Shown one piece after another: positions 33,839 through 42,926 of a stretch of 64,000 nt of DNA. Source of the stretch: Escherichia phage kaaroe; sequence record MN850574.1; one strand, given 5' to 3'. Position numbers and translations under genes: made by a program. The notes under the pieces are model-generated. The model was given only the letters and a program-made list of their open reading frames with translations. It did not search any database and had not been told where the DNA came from. How positions within the stretch are numbered: the stretch's first letter is position 1; every line of letters begins with the position of its first letter.

Positions 33839-34270
33839 ATGGTTTATCCAACCCCTAGTAAGATTTACATTGACGATACTCATTTTCTTGTTGAAATTAT
33901 GGGTATCAAGTTTAGTGGTAATGTTAAAATTGTAGAATGGGAATTGCACGGTCAATCTGTAACCGATTATGACCATTATATCCCTTTCGGTGGCGATGAT
34001 AACTTTGTTTCATTCGACCATGAAGGTTACATGAACTTTGAGCAAGACGATGTACCTTTGTATCTGGCAATGATGGATATTCCTACTAAAACAGAATATA
34101 CAGAGGGTGATTGCGATTGTTGCGGATACTACAGCGTAACAGATATTAAGCTGCTATCCGGTAAAGAACTTTACAAAGAGGATCATTTCGGAAACTGCAA
34201 TTTTCCGTGTGATTGGCAAGAATTTTTCGAACTGGTAGAGATTGAGCGAACTTATGTGAGGAAGGGATAA
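33839..34270 (+). CDS. hypothetical Cys-rich protein (143 aa)
   Basis: GAGGATTATATAATG RBS; CDCCGYY...CNFPCDW. Confidence 0.5.
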   Translation: MVYPTPSKIYIDDTHFLVEIMGIKFSGNVKIVEWELHGQSVTDYDHYIPFGGDDNFVSFDHEGYMNFEQDDVPLYLAMMDIPTKTEYTEGDCDCCGYYSVTDIKLLSGKELYKEDHFGNCNFPCDWQEFFELVEIERTYVRKG

Positions 34271-35082
34271 TGAAGAAAGCATTAGGTTTAATTCCCTATA
34301 CTGGCAATAAGGAAAAGTTATTGCCGGGTGTTAGTAAGTATTTCCCTAAGCACTATAACCGCTTTGTTGATGCCTTTTGTGGCGGCTTGAGCGTGTCTCT
34401 GTACGTAGAAGGGGATGTGCTGGCTAATGACTATGATCACCGCTTAATTGAAGCGTACAAAGCGATTGACGAGTGTCCTGATCCGGTTTCTACGATCAAG
34501 CGGATTATTGCCGAGAATGATTTGTCTCGTGATGATAAAGATGCTTACATGGCATTCCGTAAGAAGTATAATGAGAATCCAGATCCGCTATCTCTGTTTG
34601 TTCTGATTCAGCACAGTTTTAGCAACATTAACCGTCATAACAGGAAGGGCGAATTTAATGCTAATTTTGGTCGCCGGACTTTTAACGAAAACGCGGTAGA
34701 GCGTGTCCTGAATTTTAAGGAAGAAAACAAAGACGGTCGAATCAGTTTTACGTCTGGTCGTTATGACGAGATCGAGATCTTGCCAGGTGATTTCGTTTAT
34801 TTGGACCCGCCGTACCTTATCACTTCTGCGGAATATAATAAGTTCTGGAGTGACGAGGAAGAGATTAAATTCTATCAGTGGGTAGAATCTATTATGGCGC
34901 GTGGTTTTCAGTTTGGTATAAGTAATGTCACGCATCATAAGGGAAAGGCAAATGATCATCTTCTTGACTTTATCAAGCGGAATGATTTAAACTGCGTCTT
35001 GTTGAATAAGACCTATTGCCTAGATCGTTCAGGTGGCAAGTCTTCTGATACGCAAGAAGTTTATGTAACTAACGTAGATTGA
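34270..35082 (+). CDS. dam: DNA adenine methyltransferase Dam
   Basis: 270 aa; FVDAFCGGLSVS (motif I) and DPPY (motif IV); collinear similarity to remembered T4 Dam. Confidence 0.85.
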   Translation: MKKALGLIPYTGNKEKLLPGVSKYFPKHYNRFVDAFCGGLSVSLYVEGDVLANDYDHRLIEAYKAIDECPDPVSTIKRIIAENDLSRDDKDAYMAFRKKYNENPDPLSLFVLIQHSFSNINRHNRKGEFNANFGRRTFNENAVERVLNFKEENKDGRISFTSGRYDEIEILPGDFVYLDPPYLITSAEYNKFWSDEEEIKFYQWVESIMARGFQFGISNVTHHKGKANDHLLDFIKRNDLNCVLLNKTYCLDRSGGKSSDTQEVYVTNVD

Positions 35083-35090
35083 GGTATAAC

Positions 35091-35372
35091 ATGGTAGAAA
35101 TTTTTGGTTTTGAAGGTTACAACTGTAAGTATTGCCAGAATGCAAAGCGCCTTTGTGAAGCGCGTAAGATCCCTTACATCTACATTCCGGTTAATGATGG
35201 TGTGGACGAAAACGGTCGCCCGGTAAAGATTGATTCTATCATTGCCGATATTCAGGATCGCGCAGGGGTAGAAGTTATTGCCACCATGCCGCAGATTTTC
35301 TATGATGGTGATTATATCGGTGGCTTTGATGAGTTCCGATCCTTTGTAGTCAAAAACAAGATTAATGGTTAA
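35091..35372 (+). CDS. nrdC: phage thioredoxin/glutaredoxin NrdC-like
   Basis: CKYC redox motif, TMPQIFYDGDYIGGFDEF like T4 NrdC; ATG at 35091 (track begins TTG 35079). Confidence 0.75.
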   Translation: MVEIFGFEGYNCKYCQNAKRLCEARKIPYIYIPVNDGVDENGRPVKIDSIIADIQDRAGVEVIATMPQIFYDGDYIGGFDEFRSFVVKNKING

Positions 35373-35396
35373 ATACCTTCTTTGGAGGGTGAATTT

Positions 35397-35870
35397 ATGT
35401 TACTGACTGCTAAGAGTGCTAAAGAGTACAAACAAGAACTATTCGAAAAACAGGGGGGCATTTGCCCCCTTTGTCAATTGCCACTTTTTGAGGATATGAG
35501 CAAAAACCATCTTGACCACGACCACGATCTAGATGGGAAAGGGCAAGGCCGCGTAAGGGGATTGCTTCATTCGTGTTGCAACCGCCTAGAAGGATCGTTG
35601 ACCGGAGACTTTAAACGGTTTGGTGTTGGTGCTTTAGGTGCTGATTTCGTTGTTTGGGCTACAAACTATGTTAATTACATCAAAGGAGACTACACCAACA
35701 ATCATTTACATCCTCAATATGCTGTTGATAAAGTAAAACGATTTTCACGCTTGACACGCGCGGAGATGGTTGATATTATGGACGCAGAAGGTTTCGATTA
35801 CTGCGACGCTGATACAAGAGAAGAGATCACGAAGAAGTATAAGAAACAATTTATACAAAGATTAAGATAG
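35397..35870 (+). CDS. 49: endonuclease VII (Holliday junction resolvase) gp49
   Basis: CPLCQ...HLDHDHDLDG...RGLLHSCCN matches T4 EndoVII zinc/His-Me motifs; ATG at 35397. Confidence 0.85.
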   Translation: MLLTAKSAKEYKQELFEKQGGICPLCQLPLFEDMSKNHLDHDHDLDGKGQGRVRGLLHSCCNRLEGSLTGDFKRFGVGALGADFVVWATNYVNYIKGDYTNNHLHPQYAVDKVKRFSRLTRAEMVDIMDAEGFDYCDADTREEITKKYKKQFIQRLR

Positions 35871-35873
35871 TAG

Positions 35874-35902
35874 TTGACAATAAGAAATGGGAGTAGTAAA
35901 AT
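35874..35902 (+). promoter_or_regulatory. early promoter with embedded inverted repeat (PeSL-like)
   Basis: TTGACA 35874-35879, -10 TAAAAT 35897-35902, IR GGGAGTAGTAAAATACTCCC. Confidence 0.65.
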
Positions 35903-35933
35903 ACTCCCATCTAATCAAGAAGGAGAATCAACA

Positions 35934-36206
35934 ATGCGTAAGATGTTTAAATCCGGTGTTGCCTATGTTTTTAAATCTGAGCAAGCACATAAAGACTTCT
36001 TAGATGATGAATACGAGGGGGTGAAAGATACCTACGAAGTCATCAAGAATGGGTTTACTGTTCTTAAAGTGTCACCTGTTGGTTATGTAAGTGAAATCTC
36101 GGTTGATGGGAAAACATACACCGCTAAAGACTTTGATCCGCGTTGGGAATTTATGCTGCTTCCGTGTGAGCGCATTCTGTTCCGTGCTGTTCAATTAGTG
36201 AAATGA
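35934..36206 (+). CDS. GFxVLKV-family protein, paralog 1 (90 aa)
   Basis: NGFTVLKVSPVGYVSEISVDGKTYTAKDF module shared with next three genes. Confidence 0.55.
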   Translation: MRKMFKSGVAYVFKSEQAHKDFLDDEYEGVKDTYEVIKNGFTVLKVSPVGYVSEISVDGKTYTAKDFDPRWEFMLLPCERILFRAVQLVK

Positions 36207-36220
36207 TAGAGGATTATATT

Positions 36221-36787
36221 ATGGTACAGAAAACGTATAAATTGTATCCGGCTAAGTCTTCAAATGATGCTGTTTTTGAACGAGGTCGTTATTACACTTT
36301 CCGTAATGCTGAGTCCGCAGAGGAATTTGTTAAACGCTACCCACAACATAACAAGTTCCTGTATGGTGTGCTTCACAGGGGCTTTAAAGTTCTTACGGTT
36401 AATGTTATGGGTAAAGTGTATTTGGTAGAAACTCATGATTATGAGGGTGCATCAATCATGATTGATGCAAGCGAGCGCAAATACTTTAAACGCATCACTA
36501 AAAAGCAGTTTGAAGAAATGAAACCAGTTAAGAAAGAAGAATCTCTGGAAGATCTGATTAACTTGTTTGGTAAAGTTCGCTCTATCTCCTTTGCGATTGA
36601 AGATGACATTACCGACAATAAAATCTTTATCAAGAACGCGGAAGACCTGAAAGAGTTCCTTATTGAAAATAGATCTCGGCTGGAAACCTTTCTTGAAAGT
36701 GAAATTATTCGACATGATACCTACGCTAAATTCAGCGCCGATAAAGTAGCTGAACTGAAAGAGATCCAAAAGTCATTTAACGCTTGA
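36221..36787 (+). CDS. GFxVLKV-family protein, paralog 2 (188 aa)
   Basis: RGFKVLTVNV...ERKYFKRITKKQFEEM...LKEFLIEN. Confidence 0.55.
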   Translation: MVQKTYKLYPAKSSNDAVFERGRYYTFRNAESAEEFVKRYPQHNKFLYGVLHRGFKVLTVNVMGKVYLVETHDYEGASIMIDASERKYFKRITKKQFEEMKPVKKEESLEDLINLFGKVRSISFAIEDDITDNKIFIKNAEDLKEFLIENRSRLETFLESEIIRHDTYAKFSADKVAELKEIQKSFNA

Positions 36788-36812
36788 CATGATGAAACGG
36801 GAGTAGTAAGAT
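36784..36812 (+). promoter_or_regulatory. early promoter (PeSL-like); -35 overlaps stop codon of upstream gene
   Basis: TTGACA 36784-36789, -10 TAAGAT 36807-36812, IR GGGAGTAGTAAGATACTCCC. Confidence 0.65.
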
Positions 36813-36843
36813 ACTCCCATCTAAACAACGAGAGGATTATATT

Positions 36844-38022
36844 ATGGCTAAATTCTTTGAAGGTCATTACTATGCATTCCGTGAAGGCGGTAAAGATGAG
36901 TTTCTAGACTTTTCTCGCTATTCAATTATTCTGACCGATGCTTCGCGCCGTGGTCATATTCGGGTTGCTGAAATCGTAGAAAAGGGCTTTAAAGTATTAG
37001 AAAAAGATGACCACGGTCATGTTATTACTATTGAAGCTGGAGATGTAGTTTATTCCGCTGAGGATATCGTTTATTATTGGTCTACTATGATTATGCACAA
37101 TGAGCGCAAATACTTTAAACGTATCTCAAAAGAGGCATACGAAGCGATGAACAAGAAAGAGGATGCAATGCCGACTTACTTTGAAAAAGGTAAATGTTAT
37201 TCGTTTACCCCAGAAGGTTTGCAAGAATTTAAGCGATTCTGGGGAGAGCATGACCCAGAGCACAAAGAAGCCATGAAACTTGTTGATTTTGTCGAATATG
37301 GCTTTTTAGTTGAAGAAGAATTGCACGGATCAGCTACCATGATCACCGCGAAAGGTGAAACCGTCAAGGCGGACCGTTTTTGTGATCAATGGAATTGCTT
37401 GTTTGACGGTAGCGAATTTGAATACTTCGCGGAAATCACGAAACAACAATTTCATTCTATGCAAGCGGATGGTCAGAGATTTAAAGTAGGTGAACGCTAC
37501 AAACCAAATCAGCATAATTTGCCATATTGGTTTACCGCTGAAACTGTATCAAGTCATGTTGTTGAAATTGTTCAAAAGCTGGGACAAGGATTTAAGGTAA
37601 CTAAAGTAGATGATTATGGAAGTGTTGACGCGGTTGAAATTGATGGTGTAGAATATACACCGAAATCTTTCGGTCTTTGCTGGTATCACTTGATCAGCAA
37701 TGATGAACGTTATAACTTTGTTGAACTGCCATCTGAACCGGAAGAAGCACTAGAAGATCATGATCATCTGTCTGAACTGGTTAAGCTGTTTGGTGATCTG
37801 CCGGATGGTGTAGGCGTGGCGGTAATGGGTGAAGGTGCTGTTATCCGAAACCTGAAAGACTTTAAAAAGTTCTTGATTGACATGCTGCCTAAACTTGATG
37901 ATAATCTAGATACAGATATTCAGAATCGCAAAGAAATTGTTAAAGAGACTGAAAAAGAGATCGAAGAGATTCGAGCAATTCGCCAGAAGGTGAAAGCAGT
38001 AAAGAAAAAAGTTAGTGCTTGA
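36844..38022 (+). CDS. GFxVLKV-family protein, paralog 3 (392 aa, internally duplicated module)
   Basis: Two copies of GF(K/L)V...DG..Y module, NERKYFKRISK, LKDFKKFLIDM and Lys/Glu-rich C-terminus. Confidence 0.6.
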   Translation: MAKFFEGHYYAFREGGKDEFLDFSRYSIILTDASRRGHIRVAEIVEKGFKVLEKDDHGHVITIEAGDVVYSAEDIVYYWSTMIMHNERKYFKRISKEAYEAMNKKEDAMPTYFEKGKCYSFTPEGLQEFKRFWGEHDPEHKEAMKLVDFVEYGFLVEEELHGSATMITAKGETVKADRFCDQWNCLFDGSEFEYFAEITKQQFHSMQADGQRFKVGERYKPNQHNLPYWFTAETVSSHVVEIVQKLGQGFKVTKVDDYGSVDAVEIDGVEYTPKSFGLCWYHLISNDERYNFVELPSEPEEALEDHDHLSELVKLFGDLPDGVGVAVMGEGAVIRNLKDFKKFLIDMLPKLDDNLDTDIQNRKEIVKETEKEIEEIRAIRQKVKAVKKKVSA

Positions 38023-38046
38023 CATGCGAAGGGAGTATGCTATAAT
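38019..38046 (+). promoter_or_regulatory. early promoter (PeSL-like); -35 overlaps stop codon
   Basis: TTGACA 38019-38024, TATAAT 38041-38046, IR GGGAGTATGCTATAATACTCCC. Confidence 0.65.
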
Positions 38047-38076
38047 ACTCCCACTTAACAACGAGAGGATTATATT

Positions 38077-38571
38077 ATGTGGGTACAAGATGTTTGGTAT
38101 ACTGTAACTAAAGAAAACCTTGACGCATTCAGCGACCAATCTTGCGCTAATAGCTCAATTGCTGGTATACTTACTGATGTGTTTGGTGGTGTAGATAAAA
38201 TTCGTTTTAAAGTTGTTGTTAGTTCGCTGGGTCAGGTGAAAGATCTTTACACCGAAGATAAAGACCTTGATCTTGAACTTCGTCTTCGTATTGATAATGC
38301 AAGTCTAGGTTATTGGTTTGAAGATAACGAATATGAATACTTCACGCCAGCAATTAAAGTTTTTGCGACTAAACTGGAAGCTGTACTGAATCTCCGACCA
38401 ATTAATGTTGACGGATACATTATCAAAAATATTCAGGATTGGGAGTTGTATCTAGATCAGGTTATCCGAAATAGTAAGCAGGAAGCCGCTAATAAGAAGC
38501 GACAAGAGATTAAACAGCTTAAAGCTGAACTAGAAGCTAAAGAAAAAGAATTAGCAGAACTGGTAAAATAA
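38077..38571 (+). CDS. hypothetical protein with coiled-coil C-terminus (164 aa)
   Basis: ORF behind promoter; C-terminal KQLKAELEAKEKELAELVK. Confidence 0.55.
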   Translation: MWVQDVWYTVTKENLDAFSDQSCANSSIAGILTDVFGGVDKIRFKVVVSSLGQVKDLYTEDKDLDLELRLRIDNASLGYWFEDNEYEYFTPAIKVFATKLEAVLNLRPINVDGYIIKNIQDWELYLDQVIRNSKQEAANKKRQEIKQLKAELEAKEKELAELVK

Positions 38572-38615
38572 CTATCAACGAGCGGGAGAAATCCCGCTTT
38601 TTCATAGGTGATACA

Positions 38616-40478
38616 ATGGAAAAACTAATCAAAGACATTACAGAGATCGCAACGGGTAAAGAAAACGAAGTAAGCAAAGAGAACGCGAACAAAGACGCGC
38701 GAACATTCCCGACACGTCGAGATCTGATTGCTGGTGCTGTGTCTAAACAGATTGCTAAAACCGTGTTACCTGAGCACATCTATAAAGCGCATGTAGACGG
38801 TGACATTCATTATCATGATATGGATTATGCACCCGCTATGCCGTTTACTAACTGCTGTCTTGTTAATCTCAAAGACATGTTAGAGAATGGTTTTAAATTG
38901 GGTAGCGCACAAATCGAAAGTCCGAAATCAATCGGCGTTGCTTGTGCTGTAACCGCTCAAATTATCGCACAGGTGGCAAGTCATCAATATGGCGGGACCA
39001 CAATCGCAAACATCGATCAGGTGTTAGCACCGTATGTTGAGAAAACATATCATAAACACCTTGCTGATGCCGAAACCTACGGAATCAAAGCTGATACTCT
39101 CTATGCACAAGAGAAGACAGAAAAAGAAACTTTAGACGGGTATCAAGCGTTGGAATATGAAATCAACACTTTGTTCTCCACCAACGGTCAAACGCCTTTT
39201 GTGACTTTAACCTTTGGTATGGGTACTAGCTGGGAAGAAAAACTGATTCAGAAAGCGATCCTGAACGTTCGAACTAAAGGTTTAGGTAAAGATGGTATCA
39301 CTCCGGTGTTTCCTAAGCTGGTGATGTTCTTAGAAGAAGGATTAAACCTTAAACCGGAAGATCCGAACTACGACATTAAGCAACTTGCATTGGAATGTTC
39401 TAGTAAGCGTCTTTACCCTGATTATATCTCTGCGAAGAATAACCGTAGTATCACCGGATCTAGTGTTCCGGTTAGCCCGATGGGTTGTCGTAGCTTCCTG
39501 GGTGTGTGGCATAATGAGAAAGGCGAAGAAGTATTAGACGGACGTAATAACTTGGGTGTTGTGACCCTGAATCTTCCGCGTATTGCCCTTATTGCCGCGC
39601 GTCGTGCTGGTAAAGCGTCTGTAATGCGCAGAATTGAGCTATTCGAACAAGAGCTAGCCAATCGTATGCCTATTTGCTTTGATGCGCTCATGAGTCGCGT
39701 AGACGCTTTAAAAGGGGCTAAAGCCAATGTTGCTCCGGTGCTGTATACCGAAGGTGCGTTTTTCCGTATTCATCAAAACGATGAAATTTTGGAAGTGTTG
39801 AAAGATGGTCGCGCTAGTATCTCTCTTGGATATATTGGTTTACATGAGGTATTGAGCGTCCTGTTTGGTGTTCATCCGTTTGATTCGGAAGATGCGCAGC
39901 GATACGGTAAACATATTCTTAAGATCTTGCGTCATTATACTGAAAAATGGAAGGACGAAACCGGACTTGGGTTTAGTCTTTACGGTACTCCAGCCGAGAG
40001 CCTTTGCTATCGATTTAATCGACTGGACCGAGAGCAATTTGGTATTGTTAAGGGTGCTACCGATAAAGACTGGTACACCAACTCATTCCACCTTGACGTA
40101 GACCGGAAAGTCACTCCATTTGAGAAAATTGACTTTGAGAAAGATTATCACTGGCTGGCGTCCGGTGGCATGATCTCTTATGTTGAGTTCCCAGACATGA
40201 AAAACAACCTGAAAGGTCTTGAAACTGTAGTAGACTATGCAATGGATAAATTGCACTACTTCGGTGTTAATACTCCTTCTGATGTATGTCATGTATGCGG
40301 ATCTACTAAGGAAATGAGAGCGACCGAGTCTGGTTTTGTTTGTCCTGATTGCGGTAATGACAATCTGGACAAGATGAATGTTATCCGTCGCGTTAGTGGA
40401 TATCTTGGATCTGTTGATCTGCGTCCATTCAACCACGGGAAACACTCCGAGATGGTAAACCGCGTTAAGCACATGTAA
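38616..40478 (+). CDS. nrdD: anaerobic ribonucleoside-triphosphate reductase NrdD
   Basis: 620 aa; C-terminal glycyl-radical motif RVSGYLGS and CxxC zinc ribbon; uninterrupted (no intron). Confidence 0.9.
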   Translation: MEKLIKDITEIATGKENEVSKENANKDARTFPTRRDLIAGAVSKQIAKTVLPEHIYKAHVDGDIHYHDMDYAPAMPFTNCCLVNLKDMLENGFKLGSAQIESPKSIGVACAVTAQIIAQVASHQYGGTTIANIDQVLAPYVEKTYHKHLADAETYGIKADTLYAQEKTEKETLDGYQALEYEINTLFSTNGQTPFVTLTFGMGTSWEEKLIQKAILNVRTKGLGKDGITPVFPKLVMFLEEGLNLKPEDPNYDIKQLALECSSKRLYPDYISAKNNRSITGSSVPVSPMGCRSFLGVWHNEKGEEVLDGRNNLGVVTLNLPRIALIAARRAGKASVMRRIELFEQELANRMPICFDALMSRVDALKGAKANVAPVLYTEGAFFRIHQNDEILEVLKDGRASISLGYIGLHEVLSVLFGVHPFDSEDAQRYGKHILKILRHYTEKWKDETGLGFSLYGTPAESLCYRFNRLDREQFGIVKGATDKDWYTNSFHLDVDRKVTPFEKIDFEKDYHWLASGGMISYVEFPDMKNNLKGLETVVDYAMDKLHYFGVNTPSDVCHVCGSTKEMRATESGFVCPDCGNDNLDKMNVIRRVSGYLGSVDLRPFNHGKHSEMVNRVKHM

Positions 40479-40484
40479 ATTTCA

Positions 40485-40515
40485 GCCGATCCGAAAGGGT
40501 CGGCTTTTTCGTTTT
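40485..40515 (+). terminator. intrinsic terminator (GAAA tetraloop, conserved family)
   Basis: gccgatcc-gaaa-gggtcggc hairpin then TTTTTCGTTTT. Confidence 0.7.
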
Positions 40516-40521
40516 GGGGTG

Positions 40522-40549
40522 TTGACAACATGATTAGCTAATGTATAAT
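40522..40549 (+). promoter_or_regulatory. early promoter TTGACA-16-TATAAT
   Basis: -35 40522-40527, -10 40544-40549, leader GCTCACATCGAAAACAACGAGAGG. Confidence 0.65.
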
Positions 40550-40578
40550 GCTCACATCGAAAACAACGAGAGGACAAC

Positions 40579-41118
40579 ATGATGATGTTTTGTGTACTGA
40601 ACAAAGAAGTTAAACTTCGTAAACTGGAAATTGGCGATGGTGTTGTTGTTAAAATGCACGCTAGCACATTGACTAGTTTTAATTTAAAGGAAAGTTTTTT
40701 TATTAGAGGAACGGTGGTTAATATCTGCTGGAGTAAAGGCGAAGGAATCCGTAGCTTTTGCGTAATTGACGATGATAATAACCTGTATGTGATTCGCTAT
40801 CATAATAATTCTGTATTGGTCTATACCGACAATTCACGAGAATTGTATACTCTTGAATTTGTTAAGCGTACTGATTGCGATCGATTTGTTCGTGCTTATG
40901 AAGAAGATGGCTGTTTTGCGACTGAAACAGAAACAAATGAATATGTTCCTATGGAAGTAGGAGCAGAAATTAAACACAAGATCACGGATCGTATTTTTAA
41001 GGTTGTTGCGGTTGCTCATACTCAATTTGTAGCGCAAGCGCCGGATGAAGAATTTATTATCTACAATATTGGTAATGCAAGTTCTCATTTTCATAATGTA
41101 CTATATCGCGACCTTTGA
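40579..41118 (+). CDS. hypothetical protein (179 aa)
   Basis: ORF behind promoter. Confidence 0.55.
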   Translation: MMMFCVLNKEVKLRKLEIGDGVVVKMHASTLTSFNLKESFFIRGTVVNICWSKGEGIRSFCVIDDDNNLYVIRYHNNSVLVYTDNSRELYTLEFVKRTDCDRFVRAYEEDGCFATETETNEYVPMEVGAEIKHKITDRIFKVVAVAHTQFVAQAPDEEFIIYNIGNASSHFHNVLYRDL

Positions 41119-41135
41119 TAATGTGTGAGGTGAAT

Positions 41136-41663
41136 ATGAAATCATTAAACCGTAAGCGTAAAGCACAACGACACAAAGAACGAGCTAAAAAGATTGCTAT
41201 TGAACTGGTTGAGCGTGAGGATAGCTATTTGTCTACGGGTCGTTTGTATACATTCCATGCATTGATTGATGGTAAGCCAGTGTTGCATAATCATGATTGC
41301 TTAGCACTGTTTCACGAGATCGAACCAATCCATCGTGAATGGGATGACAACAAAGCAAAAGGACAATATTTCCTTACTTGTTCGTGTGGTCATGCTGGAT
41401 GTGCTGGATATTGGGAACCTGTTACGATCCGTGAGAAAAATGATACTATTCAATGGGTCGCCCGTACCCGCGATGGTTATGATAAAGGTGCTGATGGTAC
41501 TGGCGATAACGTAGTTTACTTTAATCGTGATTGGTATTATATGGCGCGATGTATGATCCTGTTTTATCTTGACTCGATGCCGTATGAATATTTCAGTTTC
41601 CAGAATGGGACCGAACTGACAGGGAAGGAATGGTCTGAATACATTCGAAAAAATTTAAAATAA
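41136..41663 (+). CDS. hypothetical protein (175 aa)
   Basis: ATG at 41136 with GAGGTG RBS (track ORF begins 41115). Confidence 0.5.
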   Translation: MKSLNRKRKAQRHKERAKKIAIELVEREDSYLSTGRLYTFHALIDGKPVLHNHDCLALFHEIEPIHREWDDNKAKGQYFLTCSCGHAGCAGYWEPVTIREKNDTIQWVARTRDGYDKGADGTGDNVVYFNRDWYYMARCMILFYLDSMPYEYFSFQNGTELTGKEWSEYIRKNLK

Positions 41664-41667
41664 ATGC

Positions 41668-41696
41668 TTGACGGGGATCGCGAGATCCCCTATACT
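41668..41696 (+). promoter_or_regulatory. early promoter with embedded inverted repeat (PeSL-like, -35 TTGACG)
   Basis: TTGACG 41668-41673, -10 TATACT 41691-41696, IR GGGGATCGCGAGATCCCC. Confidence 0.6.
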
Positions 41697-41738
41697 ATAT
41701 TCATCAAGACGAGATACAACTTTACAGGAGAATCAAAT

Positions 41739-41891
41739 ATGTGGACTTTACTGATTTGGGAAACTGAAAACGCACAAGTAGAAATCCGTGAATACGAATA
41801 CCTAAGCCCAGCTTATCTATTAGCATCTCGCGGTGGTTACTATAAAGCGCAGATTGTAAACGAGTTCGGGGTAATTGAATATGAGTTCTGA
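41739..41891 (+). CDS. small protein (50 aa)
   Basis: ATG with AGGAGAATCAAAT RBS behind promoter. Confidence 0.4.
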   Translation: MWTLLIWETENAQVEIREYEYLSPAYLLASRGGYYKAQIVNEFGVIEYEF

Positions 41892-42384
41892 TACATACGG
41901 CAAACTACGCTATGCCGATATTAAAGATTGTGATATGGTTAACGGTGAGGGAGTGAGAGTCTCCCTTTACGTTACCGGATGTTCACACGCATGTGATGGT
42001 TGCTTTAATGCTAGCCTACTCAATCCTAAGAACGGGGAACCATTCACCGATGATACAATGGGATTGATTCTGGATCTGCTTAGACCTGATTTTATTCAGG
42101 GGCTAACATTCTTAGGTGGCGATCCACTGTATAAACGCAATTTAAAGGGTGTACAGCGGATCATCGATGAAGTAAAATCATGGATGCCAAATAAAGATAT
42201 TTGGCTATGGTCCGGTTATACCCTTGACCAATTGAATGATGAGCAAAGAAAAATTGTAGAATCAGTTGACATGTTCATCGATGGGCGTTATATTAAAGAT
42301 ATGCCAACGAAGAAGCCGTGGCGGGGATCTGACAATCAAGTACAATACAAGATTGTTAATAGTATTCCAGTGAAAATTATTTGA
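41881..42384 (+). CDS. nrdG: anaerobic ribonucleotide reductase activating enzyme NrdG (radical SAM)
   Basis: CSHACDGC (CxxxCxxC) radical-SAM cluster motif; similar to T4 NrdG. Confidence 0.85.
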   Translation: MSSDTYGKLRYADIKDCDMVNGEGVRVSLYVTGCSHACDGCFNASLLNPKNGEPFTDDTMGLILDLLRPDFIQGLTFLGGDPLYKRNLKGVQRIIDEVKSWMPNKDIWLWSGYTLDQLNDEQRKIVESVDMFIDGRYIKDMPTKKPWRGSDNQVQYKIVNSIPVKII

Positions 42385-42394
42385 GGTGATTATT

Positions 42395-42922
42395 ATGGAA
42401 TGGGAAGTTGGTAAAACTTACAAGATTGAATGCGAAGCGTCGAAAGCCGAACTGACTAAATTTTCGTCGTCTATTAACAGATGTATTGTTGACTTGTTGG
42501 CTGGTCGCCCGTTTAGGGTAGAAGACCTTGACGATGATGGTGATGTTAGAGAAATTACTATTATTGGTAGTGATTTCGACTCTATGACGTTAAAAGAATC
42601 CCCTATTGGTTGTTCTGGTGTGTGGTTTTGGTCGGGTGAGCGTCGTTTCTTTACCGAAGTTACTATTGAACCTAAGATTCCAGATTCAGAAGAAAAAGAA
42701 GAAGACCTAACTTTAGAACGCCTGGGTCTGCTTATGGAAGCCTACGACATTCAGTTGATCGATAAGATGGGGTTACATAATAGCATTGCCAAAATTACTA
42801 CCCTAGAAGGTATTAAGAGCGTACTGGATGGTATGCCTAGCCGGATCGGTGCTATCAGAGAATACAAACAAACGCGCGACCGTATGATCCAATTAGAATC
42901 ACGTATCAAAAATGAGAGATGA
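42395..42922 (+). CDS. WExGKTY-family protein, paralog 1
   Basis: N-terminus MEWEVGKTYKIE; coiled-coil C-terminus; first of four tandem paralogs. Confidence 0.55.
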   Translation: MEWEVGKTYKIECEASKAELTKFSSSINRCIVDLLAGRPFRVEDLDDDGDVREITIIGSDFDSMTLKESPIGCSGVWFWSGERRFFTEVTIEPKIPDSEEKEEDLTLERLGLLMEAYDIQLIDKMGLHNSIAKITTLEGIKSVLDGMPSRIGAIREYKQTRDRMIQLESRIKNER

Positions 42923-42926
42923 TATT

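Noticed and set aside
39422-40472. Minus-strand and alternative-frame ORFs within nrdD
   Set aside because: nrdD frame is continuous with conserved motifs; the others are antisense artefacts
38616-40478. Intron or homing endonuclease interrupting nrdD (as in T4)
   Set aside because: nrdD reads as a single 620-aa ORF; no GIY-YIG or HNH ORF seen anywhere in the window
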